Source of the DNA: Gemmatimonadales bacterium
GTDB taxonomy: Bacteria; Gemmatimonadota; Gemmatimonadetes; Gemmatimonadales; GWC2-71-9
DNA: 64,000 bases
Direction of reading: 5' to 3'
NCBI GenBank assembly: GCA_044869265.1
Contig: JBIOXD010000005.1
Span: forward strand, 4,684 to 68,683
Shown: piece after piece, positions 27,681 through 37,645 of the stretch
Layout: each line of letters begins with the position of its first letter
Numbering within the stretch: position 1 is the first letter of the stretch
Notes under the pieces: model-generated
The model's database searches: none
The model's input: the letters and a program-made list of their open reading frames with translations, nothing else
Told to the model about the DNA's origin: nothing
Program-made: the position numbers and the translations under genes

Positions 27681-28226
27681 GTGCGCCCACAAATTGCGGG
27701 GGTGTCCGGGAGCCTCTTGAGATCCGGCAGTCTCGCGTGGCCGCTGCTGCTCGCGGCCACGGCTTGCGGCGGGGGACTGCAACCCGAGCCGATCTGCGGC
27801 GCCGCGCTGATCGGGGTGTGCGGCACCATTCGGTTCCGAGGCACGATCCCCGATAGCACCGACAACGTCTTCGTCGCCGCGTACGCCAGCTTTCCACTGA
27901 CCTGCACCGAGCTCATCGCCAATCGCCAGCCCTTCATTCCCGGTTCGGTGCCGTACACCGACTCAGTCGCCGATTACAGTGTGGCCCTCGATCCGCGGAC
28001 GTACGCGTGGGTACTGGCCGTGTGGAAGAAGGTCGGCACTCTGACGTTGACTCCCGCGGATACGGCGCTGCTCCGCGTGGCGGGCTACTACCGCAATCCG
28101 GCTGACAGTACGCTGCCCGGCGTCGTGACCGTTCCCGACGGGTCCGCCGCCTCCAACATCGACTTCCGGGTGGAGTTCGACAGCCTCCGTCCTGCGACTG
28201 ACTTCGTCACATGCACCGCGCGCTAG
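27681..28226 (+). CDS. Hypothetical lipoprotein
   Basis: LAWPLLLAATACGGG lipobox. Start uncertain: GTG at 27681 or 27702, or TTG at 27717. Confidence 0.55.
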   Translation: MRPQIAGVSGSLLRSGSLAWPLLLAATACGGGLQPEPICGAALIGVCGTIRFRGTIPDSTDNVFVAAYASFPLTCTELIANRQPFIPGSVPYTDSVADYSVALDPRTYAWVLAVWKKVGTLTLTPADTALLRVAGYYRNPADSTLPGVVTVPDGSAASNIDFRVEFDSLRPATDFVTCTAR

Positions 28227-30421
28227 CCACGCTCGTGTGTATCGGCGCGTCGATCGCCCCGCTCGGAGGGGTTGCGGCGCAGGGAGTCCTGCGTGGCACG
28301 GTGCGCAGCGTCTCGGGGACGTCCATTAGCGGCGCCATGGTCGGGATCGCCGGCAGCACGCTCTATACGCAGACCGACGCCGACGGCCGGTACCGTCTCT
28401 CCGCCGTGCCCGCCGGCGAAATACGGCTGCGCGCCGCCGCGATCGGGTATAGCCCGGCGGCAACCGTCGTCACCCTCGCCGGCGGCGACTCCGCGACCGC
28501 CGACTTCACGCTCGAGCCATCACCGCTCGAGCTGACACCAGTCGATGTGGTGAGCACGAAACTTCCGCAGTTCGGCGATCACCCCGCGACGAGCGTCGCT
28601 CAGGTCAGCCCCGAAGAGATCGATCGCCGTGCTGTGAATACGATCGACGAGGCCGTCGACAAGGAGCCGGGGATTCAGTTCCTCAATGGACAAATTAACA
28701 TCAGAGGCTCGACCGGTTACGTGCAGGGACTCAACTCGCGCGTCCTCTTCCTGGTGGACGGCGTGCCGATGAATCAGGGCGATCGCGGCGGGATCAATTG
28801 GGATCTCGTCCCCGTCGATCACATCGAGCGTGCCGACATCCTCAAAGGCGCCGGTTCTTCGCTGTACGGCTCCGCAGCCCTGGGCGGCGTGGTCAATGTG
28901 ACGACACGCGACGTGCCGGCGGGCCTGCATGCGCGGGTGCGACTCACCGGAGGCATCTTCGCCGATCCGCCGCACCCCGTCTGGGGATTCCGCGACAAGC
29001 CGGGGCTGCAGGGGGGCGGCGACGGCATGATCTCCTACGGAACCGAGATCTTCGGCGCAAGCGTCACCGGTGGAGCCCGTCACTCCGACGGCTACCGGGA
29101 GCACGACAGTCAGAACCATTGGCAGATGGCCGCCAAGAGCCGTTGGCAGGCATCACCCAAAACGCGCGTCGACGTCAGCGGTGCCTGGGCCGACGATCGC
29201 TACGACACGCCCCTCAGCTGGTGCACGCAGGGCGAATGCGACGACATGGGCCAGGCTTACCAGCCGTTCAAGGTCGATACTGGCGGGCGCGCACCGTGGA
29301 CCCATTCGCGCAAGGGCTACGTCGCCGCGCAGGCGCGCACCGTTGTCTCGGAACGATTCGCCTGGCATGCCCGCGCCTCGTGGTTTCGGACAGACTTCTT
29401 CGATCAGCGCCGCGACACTTCGGAGTTCGGCATCTCCAACCGCGTTGGCGCAGAGGTCCGCGTCGAGGCACATCCCGATTCGACCCGCTCCGTGCTCGTC
29501 GGCGGAGAGGCGACTCTCTCCGACGTGACGAGCGACGTGTTCCAGAACCACTCACAATCGGAATACTCGGCATACGCCGAGGTAGAACAGCCCCTGAGCC
29601 GCCTGGCCAGGGGGAGCGCGCGACTCAAGGCCGGCGCGCGAATCGATTTTCTCGCGGTCGATGGCGGCTCGCTGACCGCCGTGGTCAGCCCGCGTCTGGG
29701 TGGCTCGTTTCCGGTAGGATCGCAGGGTGCGGCGGTGCGCGCCTCCGTCGGACGCGGGTTCCGCGCCCCGTCGCTCGCGGAGCGATTCGTCGATCTGGTG
29801 GCGCCGGAGTTCGGACTGCGCGTCGTTCCCAATCCCGGCCTGCGCCCCGAAACAGCGTGGTCATTCGAACTCGGCGGCCGCAGCGCGCCTTTCCTGGGCA
29901 TCATGCGTGTCGACGGCGCGCTGTTCTGGACCGAGGCGAGGGATCTGATCGAACCGACGCTCATCGTGACGACGGGTGGGCCCGTCATTCAGCTGCAGAA
30001 CGTGGCGGAGGCGCGCATCGCCGGCGTGGACGCGACTCTGCTCGCGGCGATTGATCGTCTCACCACCTCGCTCAGCTACACGTATCTCCACACGCAACGC
30101 CGCGTCCCCGGTTCGGCGAACGCTCCGCTCGCGTACCGTCCGGGACATCAGGTGAAGCTGAGCGCCGACTATTCCCTCGGCAGCGCCAATCTGGGCGCCG
30201 ACTTCCGCCATGCGAGCCGGCCCGAGCGCATCGAGCTGGAGGGCTTTGTCGACCCGCGGCGCGTCCCGATGAATGTCCTGGATCTGCGCGCTCAATGGAC
30301 GCGTGGACCGCTCGAGCTGCGGCTCCTGCTCGCAAATGCCCTGAATTACGTCTACAATCTCGTGCCACAAACCCTGGCGCCGGTGCGGACGACCACGCTC
30401 ACGGCTGTTTGGTCGCATTAG
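28211..30421 (+). CDS. TonB-dependent receptor with an N-terminal carboxypeptidase-regulatory-like domain
   Basis: GVLRGTVRSVSG...GRYRLSAVPAGEIRLRA (CarbopepD_reg), the plug region DILKGAGSSLYGSAALGGVVNV, and a terminal aromatic residue pattern. Confidence 0.9.
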   Translation: MHRALATLVCIGASIAPLGGVAAQGVLRGTVRSVSGTSISGAMVGIAGSTLYTQTDADGRYRLSAVPAGEIRLRAAAIGYSPAATVVTLAGGDSATADFTLEPSPLELTPVDVVSTKLPQFGDHPATSVAQVSPEEIDRRAVNTIDEAVDKEPGIQFLNGQINIRGSTGYVQGLNSRVLFLVDGVPMNQGDRGGINWDLVPVDHIERADILKGAGSSLYGSAALGGVVNVTTRDVPAGLHARVRLTGGIFADPPHPVWGFRDKPGLQGGGDGMISYGTEIFGASVTGGARHSDGYREHDSQNHWQMAAKSRWQASPKTRVDVSGAWADDRYDTPLSWCTQGECDDMGQAYQPFKVDTGGRAPWTHSRKGYVAAQARTVVSERFAWHARASWFRTDFFDQRRDTSEFGISNRVGAEVRVEAHPDSTRSVLVGGEATLSDVTSDVFQNHSQSEYSAYAEVEQPLSRLARGSARLKAGARIDFLAVDGGSLTAVVSPRLGGSFPVGSQGAAVRASVGRGFRAPSLAERFVDLVAPEFGLRVVPNPGLRPETAWSFELGGRSAPFLGIMRVDGALFWTEARDLIEPTLIVTTGGPVIQLQNVAEARIAGVDATLLAAIDRLTTSLSYTYLHTQRRVPGSANAPLAYRPGHQVKLSADYSLGSANLGADFRHASRPERIELEGFVDPRRVPMNVLDLRAQWTRGPLELRLLLANALNYVYNLVPQTLAPVRTTTLTAVWSH

Positions 30422-30438
30422 CGTTAGATTGCAGTCCC

Positions 30439-30936
30439 ATGAATCCGCGGATTCTTATCCTGGTCTTCGCAGTCACCGCCTGTGGAGGAGGGGGAGGCTC
30501 CGGCGCCGGCTCTCCGACATGTGGCATCGCAGCCATTGCCGGTCCCGCCTTGATCGTGAATCAGCTCAGCAATCCGCGCGCGGCGCTCACGGATCCACCG
30601 CGTGGCGTCCCGGATTCCCTCCCGACAGTCATTATCCTGCCGAAGTCCCGCGAAAACGGAGCGGTCATCGTCACCCGCGACGCCGCCGGGAAAGTCTCGA
30701 TGCTCTATCGAGGACCCGGTTTTCCGTCGCGTGGCTACGGACTGCTCGTCGTGGACGACACCTCGCAGCGGGCAATGGGTGTGATGGTCCTCGATCAGGA
30801 AGAGCCGCAACGTCAACCCGCCATCGGATCGATCGTGGGCGGCGGGGCCGCCCTCAATCTGTACGCCGTGCGCGTCGACTGGGCGAGCGTGAGCAATCCG
30901 CGTTGCCCGCTGTTCGGTCCTCCCACGACTTCGTGA
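30439..30936 (+). CDS. Hypothetical lipoprotein
   Basis: Start moved to MNPRILILVFAVTACGGGGG (lipobox). Confidence 0.55.
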   Translation: MNPRILILVFAVTACGGGGGSGAGSPTCGIAAIAGPALIVNQLSNPRAALTDPPRGVPDSLPTVIILPKSRENGAVIVTRDAAGKVSMLYRGPGFPSRGYGLLVVDDTSQRAMGVMVLDQEEPQRQPAIGSIVGGGAALNLYAVRVDWASVSNPRCPLFGPPTTS

Positions 30937-30940
30937 CCCC

Positions 30941-31630
30941 GTGACCCCCCCCGCCGTGGCGGTCACGGCGCCGCGCCGCCTGGTGGACGGCCGCGAACGG
31001 GTCACGCTCAACACAGCGTATGTGCGGGCGCTCGAGAACGTGGGCCTGGTGCCCCTGGCCGTTCCGACGATGCTCGCGCCCGACCATGCGGCCGCCGCAC
31101 TCACCGGCGTGCGGGGCTTGGTACTCACCGGCGGCGAGGACGTGGCGCCCGAGCGGTACGGAGCGGTGCCGCACCCGCGCCTGGGAGCGATCGATCCCTC
31201 GCGCGACGCCGCCGAGGTGGCCCTGATCGGTGCCGCGCGACAGCGCCGACTGCCGATCCTCGCGATCTGCCGTGGGATCCAAATCCTCAACGTCGCGCTC
31301 GGCGGGACACTCTATCAGGATCTCGAGAGCGAGCGTCCGGGTCCCGTGCCCCACAGCGACGAGACGGCGCGTCATGAGGTTCGCGTCGCGGCGGGGTCGT
31401 TGTTGGAGCGCACGCTGGGCGTGCGCTCCGCAACCGTCAACAGCCGGCATCACCAGGCCATTCGCGATCTCGCCCCCACCTTGAAGGCGGTCGCCTGGGC
31501 GGAAGACGGCGTGATCGAAGCGGCGGAACTCGATAGCGCGCGCGATCCCTGGATCGTGGCCGTGCAGTGGCACCCGGAAGACCTCACGGAGCGCGCGTTG
31601 TTCGAGGGCTTCGCGCGGGCGGTCGCATGA
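30941..31630 (+). CDS. Gamma-glutamyl-GABA hydrolase-like class I glutamine amidotransferase (peptidase C26)
   Basis: ILAICRGIQILNVALGGTLYQD (nucleophile Cys) and VQWHPE. Confidence 0.9.
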   Translation: MTPPAVAVTAPRRLVDGRERVTLNTAYVRALENVGLVPLAVPTMLAPDHAAAALTGVRGLVLTGGEDVAPERYGAVPHPRLGAIDPSRDAAEVALIGAARQRRLPILAICRGIQILNVALGGTLYQDLESERPGPVPHSDETARHEVRVAAGSLLERTLGVRSATVNSRHHQAIRDLAPTLKAVAWAEDGVIEAAELDSARDPWIVAVQWHPEDLTERALFEGFARAVA

Positions 31631-32064
31631 CGACGGTCACCCACGACTTCCCGTCGATGGCGTGGGTCGATGCGTACGGCGCGGCGATCAACGCGAGCGA
31701 AGCCTATCGCAGCGCGTCCACCGAATGGACGCACGGCTCCGTCGCGCTGGTCATGCCCGCGCAACCCCATATCGGTGTGCCCGAAGACGTCGGGATCTGG
31801 CTCGATCTCGACCGCGGCAGCTGTCGCGCAGCCAAGCTGGTGTCGCGTGACGAAGCCCAGCGCGCGCCGTTTGTGCTCACCGCCGAGTACAAGCATTGGA
31901 AGGCAATCATCAAGAAAGAGCTGGGGCCCATCGCCGGGATCATGCAGCGAAAAGTGGCGCTGCAGGGCTCCTTGCCGATCGTCGTTCGCTTCATCAAGTC
32001 GGCGGAAGCGCTGGTTGATGCCGCGACGCGTGTCCCGACTCGATTCCTCGACGAAGCACGGTGA
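31627..32064 (+). CDS. SCP2 sterol-binding domain protein
   Basis: Start MTTVTHDF (ATGA overlap). WKAIIKKELGPIAGIMQRKVALQGSL fits the SCP2 C-terminal pattern. Confidence 0.7.
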   Translation: MTTVTHDFPSMAWVDAYGAAINASEAYRSASTEWTHGSVALVMPAQPHIGVPEDVGIWLDLDRGSCRAAKLVSRDEAQRAPFVLTAEYKHWKAIIKKELGPIAGIMQRKVALQGSLPIVVRFIKSAEALVDAATRVPTRFLDEAR

Positions 32065-34037
32065 AAGCGCTCTCGGTCGCCGAGGCCCTCAGTTGTTTTA
32101 CCAGTCTGTCGCACGAGCTGGCCGGCGCGTTTCGACCCACCTCGATCATCGAGATCGTGGCGCGCACATTGACCGAGCACCTCGGCCCCGTCCGCCTCTC
32201 CGTGATGTTGCTCGACCCGGATACGAACCGGCTGAACGTCACCTACCACAACGGTCCGAGAGCCGCGACGACCGACGAACCGCTGCTGCAGCTCGCGCTG
32301 CGGCGTGGTCCGCTCGTCTTCCCGGATCGTGTCGCCGTCCGGGCCGCCGAGCTGGGAGTGACCGTGAATCATCCGGCGCCGGCGAGCTGGCTCGGCGCGC
32401 CGATCGTCGCCGTTTCACACCCCATCGGCGCCGTCGCCATGGAAGGCGACCGGGCCAATGCACTGGACGACTCCGCGCTGCAGTTCACGCGTGCCGTCCT
32501 GGCCCAGGCCGGCATTGCGCTCGAAAACGCGCGTCTCGTGGAACTGCTCTCGAGCGGAAAGCGCGAGTGGGAGCAGACCGTGGACGCGTTCAACCAGGCC
32601 ATCTGCTACGTGGATCCCGAGGGGATCGTCCGACGCGCGAATCGCGTTTTCGCCGAGCTCATCAAGCTGCCGGTTACAGCGATCACGGGACGTTCCTGGC
32701 TCACGCTGCTTCCGCCCGGGTGGGCGGATCCTGTCGCTCGGGTGCTGGCAACCCCCGGTTCCACCCCCGAGGCCACCCCCAGCGAGCTGCGCCTTGGCGA
32801 TCGCACGCTCCTCGTCACCGCGATTCCCACCGAAGAGCCAGGAGCTGCGGTACTGCTGTTCGAGGATCAGACCGAAAAGCGCCGGTTGCAAGAGCAGCTG
32901 CTGCAGTCCGAAAAGATGTCCGCGATCGGGCAATTGATCGCCGGAGTAGCGCACGACCTCAACAATCCGCTGGCGTCGGTGGTGGGGTTCAGTGATCTGC
33001 TTGGGGAAGCCGCCGACGTGCCGCCCCGCCTTGCGGAACCCCTCGCCGTGATTCGCCAGGAGGCCGAGCGCGCTTCCGCGATTGTGCGCAACCTGCTGTC
33101 GTTCGCCCGCCGCCAGGAAGGCGAGCGGCAGCTCCAGTCAATCCGCCCGATCATCGAATCGACGCATCAGCTCCTGAAGAATCAGCTGATGTCGGCGCAC
33201 ATCGAGCTGAGTCTGGAGTTCGAGCCCGGCTTGCCGCAGGTCGAGGTGCATGCCAATCAAATCAAGCAGGTGTTCTTGAACATCATCAACAACTCCGCCC
33301 AGGCCATCGAGAGTACGCGGGCACGAGAAGGTGAGGGCCGGATCGAGATCGTCACGAAATGCGAGCCCGATGGGCTCTCCGTGAACATCTCGGACAATGG
33401 ACCGGGGATCCCCGAGGACATCGCGCAGCGTGTGTTCGAGCCGTTCTTCAGTACCAAGTCGGAGGGTGAAGGAACGGGACTGGGACTGTCGATCTGTTTG
33501 GGCATCGTGAAGGAGCATGGCGGGAACATCCGAGTGGATCCCGGCGGGGCCGGGAGCGGGCGCGGCGCCACGTTCAGTGTCGAGCTGCCCACCGGCAGCC
33601 GCTCGGAACTAAGTCGGTCCGACCACTCGGTGTCCGCGAATCCGGCGCCGCCCGAACGGGTGGAGCGCCTTCGGGTACTCGTGGTGGATGACGAGCCGCA
33701 CATCCTTCACTATATGCAGGCCACCCTGGAGAGCTGGGGTCATGAGGTCGCCGTCGCACGCGATGGCAGCCAGGCGTTGAAGCGCGCGCTCACGCAACCA
33801 TTCGATCTCATCATTTGCGATCTCCGGATGCCCCGTCTCGGCGGGCGCGAGATGTTTCAGACACTCGCCCGCATGCATCCGACGGTGGCCGATCGCATCA
33901 TTTTTGCCACGGGCGACACGGTCCGCGGCGATACGCTGCAATTCCTCGAAGAGCTGGGCCGCCCCTTCCTGCAGAAGCCCTTCAAACTCGATGCGCTGCG
34001 CCGCGTGCTCGCCGGGGTCGTGAAAGTCCCCGCCTAG
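32061..34037 (+). CDS. Hybrid sensor histidine kinase (GAF-PAS-HisKA-HATPase-REC)
   Basis: H-box AGVAHDLNNPL, N/G boxes NNSAQA...DNGPGI...GTGLGLS, and a C-terminal receiver VLVVDDEP...ICDLRMP. GTGA overlap start. Confidence 0.9.
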   Translation: MKALSVAEALSCFTSLSHELAGAFRPTSIIEIVARTLTEHLGPVRLSVMLLDPDTNRLNVTYHNGPRAATTDEPLLQLALRRGPLVFPDRVAVRAAELGVTVNHPAPASWLGAPIVAVSHPIGAVAMEGDRANALDDSALQFTRAVLAQAGIALENARLVELLSSGKREWEQTVDAFNQAICYVDPEGIVRRANRVFAELIKLPVTAITGRSWLTLLPPGWADPVARVLATPGSTPEATPSELRLGDRTLLVTAIPTEEPGAAVLLFEDQTEKRRLQEQLLQSEKMSAIGQLIAGVAHDLNNPLASVVGFSDLLGEAADVPPRLAEPLAVIRQEAERASAIVRNLLSFARRQEGERQLQSIRPIIESTHQLLKNQLMSAHIELSLEFEPGLPQVEVHANQIKQVFLNIINNSAQAIESTRAREGEGRIEIVTKCEPDGLSVNISDNGPGIPEDIAQRVFEPFFSTKSEGEGTGLGLSICLGIVKEHGGNIRVDPGGAGSGRGATFSVELPTGSRSELSRSDHSVSANPAPPERVERLRVLVVDDEPHILHYMQATLESWGHEVAVARDGSQALKRALTQPFDLIICDLRMPRLGGREMFQTLARMHPTVADRIIFATGDTVRGDTLQFLEELGRPFLQKPFKLDALRRVLAGVVKVPA

Positions 34038-34054
34038 CGGTCGCGGGAGGCTCG

Positions 34055-35086
34055 ATGCGGGTGTTGCATGTCGACTCCGGCCGCGAATGGCGCGGTGGTC
34101 AACAACAGGTGTGGCTGCTCTGCCGCGAGCTCGCGAGACATGCCGACGTGGAGCAGACCCTCGTCACGAGACTGGGCAGCGAGCTGGCGCGGCGCGTCGC
34201 CGCCGACGGCGGCCAGGTCCAGGGGACCGCGTGGGAGATCGGCCTCGACCCGCGCGCCTGGTGGCAGCTGCGGCGGGCGATCTTCTCGTTTCAACCCGAC
34301 GTGATCCACGCCCACGACAGCCACGCGCTGACACTGGCGGCGACCGTCGCGATGGATCGGACGCTGATCGCGACTCGCCGCGTGGACTTTCACGTGGGGC
34401 GGTTCGGGGCGTGGCGGCGGCCCGACCGCATCATCGCCGTGTCGGCGGCGGTGAAGCAGGTGCTCACCAGCGACGGCATCGCACCCGATGCGGTAGTCGT
34501 CATTCCGGATGGCATCGATCCGGAAGAGGTGCGCGCGGCCTCCACTCCGCCACTCGGGATTCGTCGACAGCTGAGACTCAAGGAAAACAGTCCGCTCGCG
34601 GTGAATGCCGCAGCACTGGTCGATCACAAAGACCAGCGCACGCTGGTGCGCGCGGCTGACCACGCGCGGACCCGCGAGCCCGGCCTTCATTGGGTCATCG
34701 CGGGTGACGGCCCGCTGCGCGGAGCCCTGCACGCCGAGATCACGCAACTCAGGCTCGCTGATCGCGTGCACCTCGTGGGATACATCGATCGGGTGGACGC
34801 GCTCATCACCGAAGCCAGTGTGTTCGTCTTGTCGTCGAAAGAAGAGGGATTCGGCAGCGTGCTTCTCAACGCGCTCGCCCTCGGCCGGCCCATTGTCGCG
34901 ACCGCCGCGGGCGGGATTCCGGAGGTGCTTCCGGCCGAGGTGCTCGTGCCGGTCGGCGCGTCGGAAGCGTTGGCCCACCGGGTGGTGGAAGCGCTCCACC
35001 GCCCTATGGTGCTCCCATTCCCCCCGCGCTTCACCGCCAACGCGGTGGCGGGTCAAGTCTTGGAAGTCTACAAGGCACTCTCCTAG
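34055..35086 (+). CDS. Glycosyltransferase family 4 (GT-B)
   Basis: Start MRVLHVDSG, preceded by gggagg. C-terminal SSKEEGFGSVLLNALALGRPIVATAAGGIPE. Confidence 0.85.
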   Translation: MRVLHVDSGREWRGGQQQVWLLCRELARHADVEQTLVTRLGSELARRVAADGGQVQGTAWEIGLDPRAWWQLRRAIFSFQPDVIHAHDSHALTLAATVAMDRTLIATRRVDFHVGRFGAWRRPDRIIAVSAAVKQVLTSDGIAPDAVVVIPDGIDPEEVRAASTPPLGIRRQLRLKENSPLAVNAAALVDHKDQRTLVRAADHARTREPGLHWVIAGDGPLRGALHAEITQLRLADRVHLVGYIDRVDALITEASVFVLSSKEEGFGSVLLNALALGRPIVATAAGGIPEVLPAEVLVPVGASEALAHRVVEALHRPMVLPFPPRFTANAVAGQVLEVYKALS

Positions 35087-35097
35087 ATTGCAGGGCC

Positions 35098-36663
35098 ATG
35101 ATCTACGTCTGCATTCCGGTCCATAACGAGGCGAGCACGGTCGGACTCGTGCTCTGGAAGGTCCGTCAGGTCTTCACGGCGTTCGAGCGAGAATACCAGA
35201 TCATCGCCTGTGACGATGCCTCGACCGACCACACCGGGGAGGTCCTGGCGTCGTATGCCCGGGTCCTGCCCCTGACGGTCATCAAGCACAGCCGGCGTGA
35301 GGGGTACGCACGCACGTTGGAAGAGCTGCTGCGCGTCGCTTTGCAGCGGACCGACCGGCCCAAGCGCGACTGTGCGATCACGCTGCACGCGGACTTCATG
35401 CACGCGCCGGAAACCATGGAGGAGATGGTCAAGCGCATTGAATCCGGGTCGGATCTGGTGGTGGCGGAGCAGAACCGCGCCACGGTCGGCTCCAGGGAGC
35501 GCACTTGGCCCGAGCGCTGGGTGCGGCAGTGGGCCCCGCGCCTGTTGCGAGTGGGTGGCGTCGTGAAAGACTCCGTCTCCGGCTTCATCGCGCTGCGGCT
35601 GATTGTGCTGCGTCAGGCTACCCGAGGTGGAGCTGCCGAGCCCGCGTTGCTTACAACCGAGGGGTGGGCGGCGAATGCCGAGCTGCTCGCCCGCCTCAAT
35701 GTCCACGCGCGCCGCCTGGAGGTCGTCGCCAGCACCGCCCGTTACGACCTCAAGCAGCGGCCATCCCGCGCCAAGCCGTGGCAACAGCTGCTGTCGGCGT
35801 GGCGGTCGCGCGCGCTCATCGATGCCGCCCGGAAAGGCTCGGCGGTGACCCTGTTGGCGCTCCTCGTGGGAGGACAGACACTCGTGGCCCAGGACTCCGT
35901 CTGCACCGGGGTGGTCGTCGGCTCCTCGAGCACACCCAGCCCGGCCGCCGTCGCGGTGCTCCCGATCATCAAGCCAGCCCCGGCGGTGACATTTCCCATC
36001 GGCGAGCGGCTGACCTTCAGCGCGAGGTACGGGATATTCAGCATCGGCAGCGCCACGATGGAGGTCATGGGAGTCGACACCGTGCGTCAGACCGAGGCCG
36101 TCCATTTCCGATTCCGGCTGACCGGCGGCGCGCTCGGGTATTCTCTCGATCAAACGATGGAGTCGTGGGTGGGACTTTACGATTTCCGCTCGCGGCGCTA
36201 CACGTCCGTCCAGATCGAGCGAGGCAAGCATCGGGAGCGCGGCTACGAGATCTACCCCGATTCCGGCTTCTATCGGGAAGCCGGACGCGATACGACATTC
36301 GCCACGGTGCCGGACCCACTCGACGACGCCTCATTTCTGTATTGGGTTCGGACCTTGCCGCTCGAGGTCGGGAAGAAGTACGAATACGCGCGCTATTTCC
36401 GGCCGGACCGGAACCCGGTCATTATCGAAGTGGTGGGCCGCGACCGCGTCAGCGTCGCCGGTAAGAAGTGGCGCGCGATCGTCGTGCGCCCCAGAATTCC
36501 CCAGGGCCGGGGCATCTTCGCCGAGAAGTCGGAGACCCGCATCTGGCTGTCGGACGACACGCAGCGAATCGTGCTCGGAATTCAGTCGAACTTCTCGTTC
36601 GGTACGGTGACGCTCAAGCTCAAGGACTACGTCGTCCCGGGAGGAGGAGCAGAACAGCGATGA
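35098..36663 (+). CDS. Fusion protein: N-terminal GT2 glycosyltransferase (DPM1-like), TM linker, C-terminal DUF3108-like domain
   Basis: IPVHNEASTV...ACDDASTD (GT2). C-terminal GERLTFSARYGIFSIGSATMEV...TRIWLSDDTQRIVLGIQ resembles DUF3108. Confidence 0.8.
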   Translation: MIYVCIPVHNEASTVGLVLWKVRQVFTAFEREYQIIACDDASTDHTGEVLASYARVLPLTVIKHSRREGYARTLEELLRVALQRTDRPKRDCAITLHADFMHAPETMEEMVKRIESGSDLVVAEQNRATVGSRERTWPERWVRQWAPRLLRVGGVVKDSVSGFIALRLIVLRQATRGGAAEPALLTTEGWAANAELLARLNVHARRLEVVASTARYDLKQRPSRAKPWQQLLSAWRSRALIDAARKGSAVTLLALLVGGQTLVAQDSVCTGVVVGSSSTPSPAAVAVLPIIKPAPAVTFPIGERLTFSARYGIFSIGSATMEVMGVDTVRQTEAVHFRFRLTGGALGYSLDQTMESWVGLYDFRSRRYTSVQIERGKHRERGYEIYPDSGFYREAGRDTTFATVPDPLDDASFLYWVRTLPLEVGKKYEYARYFRPDRNPVIIEVVGRDRVSVAGKKWRAIVVRPRIPQGRGIFAEKSETRIWLSDDTQRIVLGIQSNFSFGTVTLKLKDYVVPGGGAEQR

Positions 36664-37619
36664 CCGAGTACCGCGAAGCCGACTTCTCCCGCCTCAAGAC
36701 AGTCCCGATTGCCAATCGCCCCAACAAAGTTGACGCCTCCCTCCTCGCAAAGCCGCCGCTCCCCTCCGACCGGTCTTTCAACGCATTCGTCGACGCGCTG
36801 CCGTCGATTCTCGCCGCGCAAGACCTGCGCTACGTGGTCGATCAGATCGTGGCCGCGGCTGGACGGCGCGGGATCCTCGCGATGTTGGGCGGGCACGTGA
36901 TCAAGGTCGGGCTCGGCCCTTTGCTGATTGCATTGATGCGACGTCGCGCGATCACGATGGTGGCGATGAACGGCAGCGCGGCGATCCACGACTTCGAGCT
37001 GGCTGCCTATGGGGGAACGAGCGAGGACGTGGCAGCGGGCCTGGGCGACGGGACCTTCGGAATGGCGGAAGAGACGGGACGGGAGATGAACGCCGCGCTC
37101 GTACGCGGCGCCAAGGGTCAGCAGGGAGCGGGCGAGGCGCTCGCCGACTACCTGGGCGCGCGGCAGGATCTCCCGGGGCGCGACGTCTCCGTGCTGCTCG
37201 CGTGTGCCTCGCTCGGGGTCCCCGTCACGGTACACGCGGCGATCGGCGCAGAAATCATCCATCAGCATCCGGCAAGCGACGGTGGCGTACTCGGCGCCAC
37301 GAGTCACCGCGATTTCAAGCGCCTGGCGGGGGCACTGCCGGATCTGGACGACGGCGGCGTCGTGCTCAACCTTGGCAGCGCTGTCGTCATGCCCGAAGTG
37401 TTCCTCAAAGCTCTGACCATCGCGCGCAACCTCAATGGTGGACGTCCCAAAAACTTCACTGCGTGCGACTGCGATATGCAGCGGCATTATCGACCGCGGG
37501 TCAACGTCGTCGAGCGCCCCACGCTCGCCGGTGGGCGCGGCATTCAGCTGACCGGACATCACGAGATTCTGGTTCCGTTGCTGGCGTGGTCAGTGCTGGC
37601 GCGCCTGGAATCGCGATAG
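36660..37619 (+). CDS. Conserved hypothetical protein; possible deoxyhypusine-synthase-like Rossmann fold (weak)
   Basis: Start MTEYREADF (ATGA overlap). ILAMLGGHVIKVGLGPLLIALMRRRAITMVAMNGSAAIHDFE loosely resembles the DHS pattern. Product call is low confidence. Confidence 0.6.
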   Translation: MTEYREADFSRLKTVPIANRPNKVDASLLAKPPLPSDRSFNAFVDALPSILAAQDLRYVVDQIVAAAGRRGILAMLGGHVIKVGLGPLLIALMRRRAITMVAMNGSAAIHDFELAAYGGTSEDVAAGLGDGTFGMAEETGREMNAALVRGAKGQQGAGEALADYLGARQDLPGRDVSVLLACASLGVPVTVHAAIGAEIIHQHPASDGGVLGATSHRDFKRLAGALPDLDDGGVVLNLGSAVVMPEVFLKALTIARNLNGGRPKNFTACDCDMQRHYRPRVNVVERPTLAGGRGIQLTGHHEILVPLLAWSVLARLESR

Positions 37620-37645
37620 GGGTGCGGCATCCGCGCGCCTACCTC

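Noticed and set aside
30419-30441. Shared junction motif TAGATTGCAGNNCCATGA at two stop/start junctions (30424-30441 and 35084-35101)
   Set aside because: It is a 16-of-18 match. My rough estimate is that tens of such pairs are expected by chance in 64 kb, and there are only two instances. It would need a genome-wide junction analysis to be meaningful.
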